Shown in pieces: positions 1 to 7,741 of a stretch of 20,000 nucleotides of DNA. Position numbers and translations under genes: made by a program. Location of the stretch: IMG/VR virus record IMGVR_UViG_3300019135_000021. One strand, written 5' to 3'. The notes beneath the pieces were generated by a model, which worked only from the letters and a program-made list of their open reading frames with translations, made no database searches and was not told where the DNA came from. The DNA is from an uncultured virus (IMG/VR IMGVR_UViG_3300019135_000021). Taxonomy: Duplodnaviria > Heunggongvirae > Uroviricota > Caudoviricetes. The first letter of the stretch is position 1, and each line of letters starts with the position of its first letter.

Positions 1-25
1 AAGCATGAGAAGATAATAAAAGGAG

Positions 26-469
26 ATGTTTTTATTTATGAAGAGAGTAGAATTACCAAATGAGGTAGGCAAAGCTTTGAAGGAATTGGTTGAGACAATT
101 GGGGAAGAGGAACTTTACAAATTTGAGAACTTGCTTTGTCACTATAAACACAGTAATAAATATGAAAAGAAGACACAAAAACAAATTGCAACTATTGTTG
201 ATTTCGTCCGAGATTCAGAAAAAAATCGTGTTGAATATTACGCTGCTTTGACAAGTGGTTTTAGTATTAAAACCGAACCTAAAAAAGAGAAGAGGAGTGA
301 CAAGGAAACAGAAGAGAACTGCAAAAATGAAGGGTTAGCAATCTACATAAAAGGAAAAATGGTTTGGGGGATTCCTTCTGAAAATTTAAATAGCAATTTA
401 GAGGCTCTAATTGACGGCCGTTTATTAATTAACTGGTCAAGTTTTAAAGAGCGCACATTTTTTAAATAA
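26..469 (+). CDS. phage hypothetical protein
   Basis: 147-aa ORF, co-oriented with neighbours; AAAGGAG abuts ATG26, so the true start may be ATG38. Confidence 0.7.
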   Translation: MFLFMKRVELPNEVGKALKELVETIGEEELYKFENLLCHYKHSNKYEKKTQKQIATIVDFVRDSEKNRVEYYAALTSGFSIKTEPKKEKRSDKETEENCKNEGLAIYIKGKMVWGIPSENLNSNLEALIDGRLLINWSSFKERTFFK

Positions 470-510
470 AAGTTTTTTATTTAAAAAAATAATAAAGGGG
501 TTTTAAAAAA

Positions 511-831
511 ATGAAAATCAAAAATGTAGAACTGTACAGAGTCATTGAAAATAAATATTTACCTAATGACAGAATCGGAATCATGGAATTCGAAAATTGT
601 GAGATGTATGAGGAAAATCAGCATATTTTCTTAGAAACAAATGAAGAAGCTATTGATTATCACACTCTCTATAATTATTTAGATAAGAAACTATTCTTAA
701 ATGTAAGCAGGAATGAAGTGGAAAGGCCTTCGGTTATTCCAGTTAAATTTAAAAGAGATGTTCATTTAGCAAAAAAAGTAACCAGATTGGAATTTGAAGT
801 TCAAGAACCGTGTAATATAACTATTTCTTAA
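511..831 (+). CDS. phage hypothetical protein
   Basis: 106-aa ORF, AAAGGGG RBS upstream. Confidence 0.7.
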   Translation: MKIKNVELYRVIENKYLPNDRIGIMEFENCEMYEENQHIFLETNEEAIDYHTLYNYLDKKLFLNVSRNEVERPSVIPVKFKRDVHLAKKVTRLEFEVQEPCNITIS

Positions 832-841
832 ACTAAACTAA

Positions 842-859
842 TTAAAAGGATGATTTAAA
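842..859. repeat. intergenic palindrome copy TTAAAA-ggatga-TTTAAA
   Basis: Seen directly; the 14-mer ATTAAAAGGATGAT recurs identically at 1961-1974. Confidence 0.6.
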
Positions 860-878
860 AGGGAGAGGAGGAAAGCCT

Positions 879-1070
879 GTGGCTTATGATGAGATTGATG
901 GCAAGTTAATTAACCCAAAAGTAAGTGATGTAATTAAAGCATTACAAGATCAACTTGATTTTTACGGCGACACACCAGTTAACTTCAGGATTGATGGTGA
1001 AGAAGCAAGGGATGAGATTCAATTAGATCCATATAAAAATGTTCTTGTGTTGCATTTAGAGGAAGTTTAA
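879..1070 (+). CDS. small phage hypothetical protein
   Basis: 63-aa ORF, GTG start with GAGGAGG RBS. Confidence 0.75.
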   Translation: MAYDEIDGKLINPKVSDVIKALQDQLDFYGDTPVNFRIDGEEARDEIQLDPYKNVLVLHLEEV

Positions 1071-1084
1071 GGAGGAAAGCTACA

Positions 1085-1297
1085 ATAGACACATATAATG
1101 TAATCGGTTGTCGGTTTAAACACTATAAAGGTGGTCTATATAAGGTTATTGGAGAGGTCATTCATACTGAGACAGAAGAGAAGCTTGTTACATATGAAGA
1201 CATGGATGGCATTCTGTGGGCAAGGCCTAAGGACATGTTCTTTGGAAAAGTTGTTGTTGATGGAAAAGAGATAAATAGGTTCACAAAAATAAATTAG
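1085..1297 (+). pseudogene. DUF1653-family small protein (YorZ-like position) with ATA at the start position
   Basis: Manual translation: IDTYNVIGCRFKHYKGGLYKVIGEVIHTETEEKLVTYEDMDGILWARPKDMFFGKVVVDGKEINRFTKIN*; HYKG..Y.V....HTET.E..V.Y....WARP..MF is the DUF1653 signature; GGAGGA RBS 8 nt before ATA1085. Confidence 0.75.
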
Positions 1298-1313
1298 GAG
1301 ATGATGCAATAAG

Positions 1314-1580
1314 ATGAAATTCTTTGAGGTGTGTGACCCATACTACGCATTAATTAAAGCAAATACAAAAGAAAGAGCATTGAAGCTTTACACAGAAGCA
1401 GTTGCAGATGATGATGGACACTTAAGTGATGCGATTAAAGAAGTGGGCATGCTATATGCTGCAGTTAAACACAGTCGTACAGTAACAGAAGATCAAGAGC
1501 TATCTCCAATATCGGATGTTCTCGAAGAGCTTCAAAGTGATGAGGAAAGAGTTTTGATCATGGACGGAAGTTTACTTTAA
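1314..1580 (+). CDS. phage hypothetical protein
   Basis: 88-aa ORF; AGGAGA upstream. Confidence 0.75.
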   Translation: MKFFEVCDPYYALIKANTKERALKLYTEAVADDDGHLSDAIKEVGMLYAAVKHSRTVTEDQELSPISDVLEELQSDEERVLIMDGSLL

Positions 1581-1602
1581 AAGATGAAAATAAATTCAAA
1601 GG

Positions 1603-1956
1603 ATGATGATAATGGATAAAAAATATGGACTTTATTGTATGGGATCACTTGTTAACACTTATGACGATGCTATCGAGGCTCATAATGACGCTGTGTTTGC
1701 TCAAGAAGAAAGTGGAGTACCACATGAAGTGAAAGAAATTAAAGAAACAACGAATTTAAACCATTTCAAATTTAAACTCTCTGAAAAAATACAATCAAGA
1801 TCTGACGCCGACTTCAGTAGAGTTGTATTCGAGGCAAAAAGAAGGGGTAACGCTGACTTGTATGATGTGACTAACAACATGTATGACGAAGCTTTTATTT
1901 ATACAAAGTCTAACGTTGACGAGTATATCAAGAATGGTGATTGGATTTTAATCTAA
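1603..1956 (+). CDS. phage hypothetical protein
   Basis: 117-aa ORF; true start possibly ATG1612 given AAAGGA spacing. Confidence 0.7.
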   Translation: MMIMDKKYGLYCMGSLVNTYDDAIEAHNDAVFAQEESGVPHEVKEIKETTNLNHFKFKLSEKIQSRSDADFSRVVFEAKRRGNADLYDVTNNMYDEAFIYTKSNVDEYIKNGDWILI

Positions 1957-1979
1957 ATAAATTAAAAGGATGATATATA

Positions 1980-2234
1980 ATGGAAAAATGGGTGGTTGTA
2001 GTTAAACCTGATGGAGAAACAGCTAACGGAGAAGTATACAACAATTTTGTTACAGGAGAAGATGTCACATTTACTGATTTAGAAGCTGCAGAAAAATTTG
2101 CTGCGAAGATTGAAGGGGAAGGGAGAAGAATGCAAGCAACAGTTGAGCCATTGGATAATCATGTGAACACCAAAAGAGTGTTTGATGACAGCTTTGTAGC
2201 TACATTAGAAGCAAATAGAGCATCCCAAAATTAA
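1980..2234 (+). CDS. phage hypothetical protein
   Basis: 84-aa ORF, AAAGGA RBS. Confidence 0.75.
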   Translation: MEKWVVVVKPDGETANGEVYNNFVTGEDVTFTDLEAAEKFAAKIEGEGRRMQATVEPLDNHVNTKRVFDDSFVATLEANRASQN

Positions 2235-2252
2235 ATAAAATCATAATTTTAT
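2235..2252. repeat. intergenic palindrome copy ATAAAA-tcataa-TTTTAT (perfect)
   Basis: Begins immediately after the stop codon at 2234. Confidence 0.65.
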
Positions 2253-2286
2253 ATACTAATTAAAAGTAATCTAAGGAGGAAGAGTT

Positions 2287-2634
2287 ATGGGTGCTGCTAA
2301 AAAACTGTATGTGAAAAAAGATCAACTTGTGAGCATTGAAGAAGCTAAAAGTAATATGACAATACATACACCGGAAGGCTATTCTGTCCCTGTTGCAGTG
2401 GGAGAGCTTGTGGCCACCAATCCAAAAGGAGAGCAATACGTAGTACCTAAAAGCTACAGGAACAAATATGTCGAAGTCAAACAATTTAAGGATGCTTCAT
2501 TATACGAGTCAATGGCAAAAGGATATCAAGAAATGGCTGCAATTAATTTAGAAGAGGCAAGCACCGGGTTTTCTGCGGAAAATCAAGCAGAAGAAATCAC
2601 AGAGAAATTTGTTTCAGGAAGTATAAACGAATAA
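2287..2634 (+). CDS. yosL: YosL-like MazF (EndoA) inhibitor; C-terminus mimics MazE/NdoAI antitoxin
   Basis: Directly upstream of nrdI as in SPbeta; YESMAKGYQEMAAINLEEASTGFSAENQAE resembles the recalled NdoAI C-terminus ESMRRGYMEMAKINLNISSEAHFAECEAE; AAGGAGG RBS. Confidence 0.8.
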   Translation: MGAAKKLYVKKDQLVSIEEAKSNMTIHTPEGYSVPVAVGELVATNPKGEQYVVPKSYRNKYVEVKQFKDASLYESMAKGYQEMAAINLEEASTGFSAENQAEEITEKFVSGSINE

Positions 2635-3035
2635 TGCTTGTTACATATGAAAGCATGACAGGTAATGTTAGAAGATTTGTAAGAAAGCTTGAGCAAAAAA
2701 TGCAAATTAAAACTATGGAAATCACTGAGGATTTAAAGGTTGATGAGCCATTCATACATATTACATACACAATTAAATTCGGGCAAATTCCTGAAAAAAC
2801 TCAGAAGTTTATACATAATAATAAAGATTTTTTGTACGGGGTTTGTTCAAGCGGGAATCGAAATTGGGGTAGCTATTATGCTGCGGCGGCAGATAAACTC
2901 TCACAACACTATCAAGTACCAGTACTTCTTAAGTTTGAATTAAGTGGATCAGATTCAGACTTGGACAAGTTAATACAGGAGGTTAAGTTTATTGACAGTA
3001 ATCAATCAGGTGCCAAAGTGGGTTCAACTGAATAA
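2634..3035 (+). CDS. nrdI: class Ib ribonucleotide reductase flavodoxin NrdI
   Basis: Y.SMTGNVRRF, TYT..FG..P, SSGNRNWG, LLKFELSG motifs; overlaps nrdE start. Confidence 0.95.
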   Translation: MLVTYESMTGNVRRFVRKLEQKMQIKTMEITEDLKVDEPFIHITYTIKFGQIPEKTQKFIHNNKDFLYGVCSSGNRNWGSYYAAAADKLSQHYQVPVLLKFELSGSDSDLDKLIQEVKFIDSNQSGAKVGSTE

Positions 3036-3717
3036 CGAAATTATGATTCAAAAAGACGGGAAGTTTCAATTCGAGAAGGACAGGGAAGCTGTACACAGTT
3101 ATTTTGTTGACTATGTTAATCAAAACACTGTCTTCTTTCACGATCTCAAAGAAAAACTGGACTATCTTTTAGAGAATGATTATTACGAAGAAGAGTTTTT
3201 AAGCAAATATACCTTTGCACAGATTAAAGAAGTGTTCAAATTGGCGTATAGCTTCAAATTCAGATTCCCTTCATTCATGAGTGCATTCAAGTTTTACAAT
3301 GACTATGCCTTGAAGACAAACGATAAAACGAAAATTCTTGAACGATATGAAGATCGAGTGAGTATTGTTGCTTTGTTTTTCGCCAATGGAGATGCTGAAA
3401 AAGCAAAAGAATTCACTTCACTTATGATGAAACAGGAATATCAACCATCAACACCTACTTTTCTTAATGCAGGACGAAAAAGAAGAGGTGAAATGGTTAG
3501 CTGCTTCTTACTCGAAGTTAATGATTCATTGAATGACATTTCTAGAGCAGTTGATATTTCAATGCAGTTATCTAAACTTGGTGGTGGTGTTGCACTTAAT
3601 CTGAGCAAGATTCGAGCAAAAGGTGAGCCAATTAAAAAAGTTGAGAATGCTACAAAAGGCGTTGTAGGTGTAATGAAACTGCTCGATAACGCTTTTCGGT
3701 ATGCAGACCAGATGGGT
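2992..3717 (+). CDS. nrdE: ribonucleotide reductase class Ib alpha subunit, exon 1 (242 aa)
   Basis: TTG start with AGGAGG; QPSTPTFLNAG, SCFL, GGGVA motifs; ends at ...ADQMG at the 5' splice site. Confidence 0.95.
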
Positions 3718-4657
3718 TAATTTGGCCCCTTTCGTCAGCAATGGCGATCGAAAACCTCTTTAATTCATGGGAACTCCCCAAAATACGGGTTTGGGTCAAA
3801 TTCATACCAAAATAAAGGGGGACGATCATGAGCGAAGCAAGACGGCCACACAACAAATTAGATATCGATGAGGAATTTATTCGCAAAAATTATTACATAA
3901 TGAGCGCAAGAGAAATTGGTGAGGTTTTGGGTGTATCGCGGGAAGCAATTAATCATCGAGTAATTAAAATGGGATTACGAAAGACACAAATACCTTTCAT
4001 GAAAAGAGAGGGAGAAATATTAGTCCCAATACAAGAGCTTCCCAACTACGGGGTCACAAATCACAGCCGAGTAGTCAATCTAAAACGCATGACCTTAGTT
4101 AAAACGAAAATTGATCGTGAGGGCTACGTTAAAGTGACTCTTAACAAAAACGGTAAAGCTGTTGACAGACGTGTTCACCGTTTAGTAGCTCTTCATTTCA
4201 TACCTAACCCGAATAATTTACCGCAAGTTAATCATATTGACGGAGATAAGTCAAATCCAAGTATTAATAATCTTGAATGGGTGACAGAAAAAGGAAATGC
4301 TCAACACGCCTTAAAACATGGCTTGATTCGTGTTGGTGAAAAGAGCCCAAATGCTACAATTACTGAAAAACAGGCCCTATCAATTTTAAAAGATTTTCAA
4401 AACGGTATGACTATTTCTGAGGTAAGAAAAGCTCACCCATATGCGAGTAAATCAATTGTCGATAAAATTTGTCAAGGTGGAAACACCTTGATAAAACGTC
4501 TTGAACGTGCAACGACTAGCCGGAAGGCGTAGGCTACAAGCGATTGGTAGCCGAAACAGGAGGCATCCCAATGGGATGAAGATATAGTCTAATCTTCGTG
4601 GTAACATGGAGCGGCCGAAAGGCGGGGCGTGTGTAGCGAACACGTCCGAATAGTCTG
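3718..4657 (+). ncRNA. group I self-splicing intron (940 nt) in nrdE
   Basis: Exon 1 ends in U (GGT3717), intron ends in G4657; removal restores DQMG|QRQGSGAAYLNVFHPDI. P1 GGGT/GCCC with U.G pair; P10 TTTG(3721)/CAAA(4658); P4 TTCATGG/TCATGAG; P5 TCCCC/GGGGA; P6a CAAGACG/CGTCTTG; P7 GACTA/TAGTC in AACGACTAG and AAGATATAGTC; P8 CATCCC/GGGATG. Confidence 0.95.
3828..4532 (+). CDS. intron-encoded HNH homing endonuclease (N-terminal HTH-like segment, HNH core, C-terminal DNA-binding domain); C-terminus probably frameshifted
   Basis: GYVKVTL...VHRLVALHFIPNPNNLPQVNHIDGDKSNPSINNLEWVT..GN..HA motif of I-HmuI-like HNH proteins; lies in the P6a loop. Confidence 0.9.
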   Translation: MSEARRPHNKLDIDEEFIRKNYYIMSAREIGEVLGVSREAINHRVIKMGLRKTQIPFMKREGEILVPIQELPNYGVTNHSRVVNLKRMTLVKTKIDREGYVKVTLNKNGKAVDRRVHRLVALHFIPNPNNLPQVNHIDGDKSNPSINNLEWVTEKGNAQHALKHGLIRVGEKSPNATITEKQALSILKDFQNGMTISEVRKAHPYASKSIVDKICQGGNTLIKRLERATTSRKA

Positions 4658-7192
4658 CAAAGACAAGGATCAGGAGCTGCTTATCTTAACGTATTTCACC
4701 CTGACATCAATGATTTCCTTGATACGAAAAAAATCTCAGTAGATGAGGATGTTAGGGCAAAAACCTTATCAATTGGCGTAGTTATTCCAGATAAATTTAT
4801 TGAACTTGCTAGGGAAGACAAGGACTTCTACATGTTTTATCCCTATTCAGTTTATAAAGAATACGGACAACATTTAGACGAAATGGACATTGCAAAAATG
4901 TATGACAAACTGGTCGAAAACCCAAATGTCAGAAAGAAAAAAGCGAATGCTCGTAAACTATTAGAAAAGCTTGCATTGTTACGATCAGAGTCAGGGTATC
5001 CTTACCTGATGTTTGCCGACAATGTAAATCGATTCCACGCGAACAGTCATGTTTCGAAGGTTAAATTTTCTAACTTGTGTGTGACGGGAGATACTCTTCT
5101 TTTAACCGAAAATGGGTACGAAAAAGCCTCAGATCTTTATAAAAGTCAAAAAGATTTAAGGGTCGTTATTGACAATCGGACAAAACGGTTTGACAAGGAT
5201 TGCAAAGGGACTTCAATTGTGAATGCGATACCTATGCAGCTAACTAAAAAGGACGCAGGTGTTTTTAAAGTTAAAACTAAGCAAGGATTTGAAATCAGAG
5301 CAACAGAGTGGCACAAGTTTTATGTTAAACGAAATAACGAAATACAGAAACTTCAGCTTAACCAACTTGTTCCGGGGGACAAACTACTGATTCAGTCAGG
5401 TGAAGGGGCATATGGGAATATTCATGAACCTGATCTCGCATATATCATGGGGATTATAGCTGGGGATGGAACCATAACAGATAAGACAGCGAAGATTTAT
5501 TTATATGACAATAAAAAGGTGTTGGAACAAAAGGTTAAAGAGAGTGTTCATCTTGTAATTAATAGACATAAAATTAATCGTGTTTATAAGCACAACACTT
5601 CTTTTACTCCAAAATTTAATGTTGCTGATCCAGAGAAACAAGATTTATTATTTATGTCTAGTACAGTGCTCTTTGACATTTTAAATAAATATGGAATGAC
5701 AAAAGATACAAAAACAAGAGTTCCAGAGTTCTTATATCAAGCTGACAAGGAAACACAAGCAGCTTATTTGTCTGGATTGTTTCAAACGGATGGTTGTGTA
5801 AATGCCAATTATAAAGCGAAGGCACTAACAATTGAATTAACATCAGTTGATTTTGAGAGTTTGCAAGATGTGCAAAAGTTACTCATTAATATGGGAGTAT
5901 ATACAACCATTTATACCAATAACAAACGCTCACAGGAGCTTCTCCCTGATGGCCGGGGCGGTTCCAAATTATACAAAGTTAAACCAACTCACAAGCTTAG
6001 TATTCAGGACAGAGCGTCGAGAGAATTGTTCATGAGCATTGTTAATTTGAAAGAATATGATAAGTACAAATTCAACATGTTGACTGAAAAATTGCAAGCA
6101 AAATCACGAAAGCCAAAACATGATTTCACAGCCGAAATTATCAGCATTGAAAAAGATGGGGTAGAGGATGTCTATGACACAACACAAGAAGATTATCATT
6201 CTCTAATTTTTAATGGAATTGTAACTGGTAACTGTTCAGAAGTCCTTCAGGCTTCCCAAGTATCGTCTTACACCGATTACGGAGAAGAGGACGATATTGG
6301 CTTGGACATTTCATGTAATCTAGGCTCGATCAATATCTTCAACGTCATGAAGAACGATTCAATTAAGAATACAGTTAAATTAGCTATTGATGCATTGACT
6401 CATGTATCGAATAAAACCAATATTACAAATGCTCCAGCAGTTGCTAAGGCAAATAAGCTTATGAGGTCAGTTGGGCTTGGAGCAATGAATCTGCACGGTT
6501 TCTTAGCTCAAAATGGTATTGCCTACGAAAGTGAGGAAGCGAGGGACTTCGCGAACACTTTCTTTATGATGATGAACTTTTATTCTCTTGAGCGTTCAAT
6601 GGAAATCGCCAAAGAAGCCGGGGAAACATATTACCAGTTTGAAGGCTCTACATACAAATCAGGTGAATATTTCAAGAAATACGAAGAACAAAGCTTTAGT
6701 CCAAAGTATGAAAAAGTAAAAAAACTGTTTGGAGATCAGCATATTCCAACAATTGAAGATTGGAAGAAGCTTAAACAAGCTGTGATGAAGTATGGCTTAT
6801 ATCATTCTTATAGACAAGCAATAGCTCCCACAGGAAGCATCTCGTATGTTCAATCCTCAACAGCTGGTGTCATGCCTATTATGGAGCGCATAGAGGAACG
6901 GACATACGGAAATTCCAAGACGTATTATCCGATGCCGGGGCTTAGCGCGAAGAACTGGTTCTTCTACAAGGAAGCGTACGACATGGATATGTTCAAAGTC
7001 GTCGATATGATCGCGACAATTCAGCAGCACGTCGATCAAGGCATTTCATTTACGTTGTTCTTAAAGGATACGATGACGACGCGCGATCTTAACCGAATTG
7101 ACCTTTACGCGCATCACAAAGGAATCAAGACGCTGTACTACGCGCGAACAAAAGATACCGGGCAGGAAGGCTGCTTGTCGTGCGTGGTTTAA
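4658..7192 (+). CDS. nrdE: ribonucleotide reductase class Ib alpha subunit, exon 2 (contains intein)
   Basis: Open frame from 4658; SNL/C.EVLQ, SCNLGS, AIAPTGSISY, KTLYY and C-terminal CLSC motifs; spliced precursor 1086 aa, mature 701 aa. Confidence 0.95.
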   Translation, partial: QRQGSGAAYLNVFHPDINDFLDTKKISVDEDVRAKTLSIGVVIPDKFIELAREDKDFYMFYPYSVYKEYGQHLDEMDIAKMYDKLVENPNVRKKKANARKLLEKLALLRSESGYPYLMFADNVNRFHANSHVSKVKFSNLCVTGDTLLLTENGYEKASDLYKSQKDLRVVIDNRTKRFDKDCKGTSIVNAIPMQLTKKDAGVFKVKTKQGFEIRATEWHKFYVKRNNEIQKLQLNQLVPGDKLLIQSGEGAYGNIHEPDLAYIMGIIAGDGTITDKTAKIYLYDNKKVLEQKVKESVHLVINRHKINRVYKHNTSFTPKFNVADPEKQDLLFMSSTVLFDILNKYGMTKDTKTRVPEFLYQADKETQAAYLSGLFQTDGCVNANYKAKALTIELTSVDFESLQDVQKLLINMGVYTTIYTNNKRSQELLPDGRGGSKLYKVKPTHKLSIQDRASRELFMSIVNLKEYDKYKFNMLTEKLQAKSRKPKHDFTAEIISIEKDGVEDVYDTTQEDYHSLIFNGIVTGNCSEVLQASQVSSYTDYGEEDDIGLDISCNLGSINIFNVMKNDSIKNTVKLAIDALTHVSNKTNITNAPAVAKANKLMRSVGLGAMNLHGFLAQNGIAYESEEARDFANTFFMMMNFYSLERSMEIAKEAGETYYQFEGSTYKSGEYFKKYEEQSFSPKYEKVKKLFGDQHIPTIEDWKKLKQAVMKYGLYHSYRQAIAPTGSISYVQSSTAGVMPIMERIEERTYGNSKTYYPMPGLSAKNWFFYKEAYDMDMFKVVDMIATIQQHVDQGISFTLFLKDTMTTRDLNRIDLYAHHKGIKTLYYARTKDTGQEGCLSCVV
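5078..6232 (+). mobile_element. 385-aa intein with LAGLIDADG homing endonuclease in NrdE, inserted just before the catalytic Cys
   Basis: Starts CVTGDTLL, ends VYD...IFNGIVTGN|CSEV; block B ATEWHKF; LAGLIDADG-like LAYIMGIIAGDG and YLSGLFQTDG; penultimate Gly as recalled for the SPbeta RIR1 intein. Confidence 0.95.
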
Positions 7193-7213
7193 ACAAAGAA
7201 GGGAGAGGCGGTT

Positions 7214-7435
7214 ATGCTTACTTCGTTAGCAATCTGGTATTTAAGAAGACGAAAAAGGTCTGTTCTTATTGGTTTTGAGGCGGATGGCGGTCAAGTGAAA
7301 TCACAAAGTAATAGAACGTTTGTATATGACAGTACTTTTCGGAACGTGATTTTTAAAGAAGCAGACGGCGAGGTTTTGATTTTACCTAAAGGAAAGTTCT
7401 CAATAAGAAGGAGGTCGAATGATGCGGAAGGTTAA
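7214..7435 (+). CDS. small hypothetical protein
   Basis: 73-aa ORF with GAGAGG RBS. Confidence 0.65.
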   Translation: MLTSLAIWYLRRRKRSVLIGFEADGGQVKSQSNRTFVYDSTFRNVIFKEADGEVLILPKGKFSIRRRSNDAEG

Positions 7436-7595
7436 AATCGAGGGCTACGTGATTTACAACGAGGACGAATTAATTCACGGAACGTGTGTGACGCATGGAA
7501 TCGATCATTGGTTATTCAACGAAGACTTTCCTCGCGAATGGTCTTTCAGCGCCGTATCAGATGAGGAAGTAGATTATGACGAGGAGGACGAATAG
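7419..7595 (+). CDS. small acidic hypothetical protein (58 aa, not in ORF track)
   Basis: AAGGAGG RBS; MMRKVKIEGYVIYNEDELIHG...DYDEEDE*. Confidence 0.7.
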   Translation: MMRKVKIEGYVIYNEDELIHGTCVTHGIDHWLFNEDFPREWSFSAVSDEEVDYDEEDE

Positions 7596-7736
7596 ATGTC
7601 GCAACCATTGACGGATGAAGAAATCGCGGAATTACGGCGATATGAGCGATGGTGCTACGATACTATGAATCACGCTACAATCACGCCTAGAATATTAACG
7701 GCATTGCTAGACGGTTACAAGAAGGAGGACGAATAA
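7596..7736 (+). CDS. small hypothetical protein (46 aa, not in ORF track)
   Basis: GAGGAGG RBS; ATG directly follows previous stop; MSQPLTDEEIAELRRYERWCYD...KKEDE*. Confidence 0.65.
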   Translation: MSQPLTDEEIAELRRYERWCYDTMNHATITPRILTALLDGYKKEDE

Positions 7737-7741
7737 TTATA

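Noticed and set aside
2992..3720. nrdE as a truncated pseudogene (stop at 3718-3720)
   Set aside because: The TAA is the first three bases of a group I intron; splicing restores the frame.
4520..4650. tRNA or riboswitch in the GC-rich hairpin cluster
   Set aside because: The hairpins fit intron elements P7 to P9; no cloverleaf seen.
6227..6235. Inactive intein because the penultimate residue is Gly, not His
   Set aside because: A Gly-Asn ending is recalled for the SPbeta RIR1 intein; Cys1, block B His, terminal Asn and +1 Cys are present.
4832..7192. Stand-alone 786-aa gene starting at ATG4832
   Set aside because: Internal Met of nrdE exon 2; the frame is open from 4658 and lacks an RBS.
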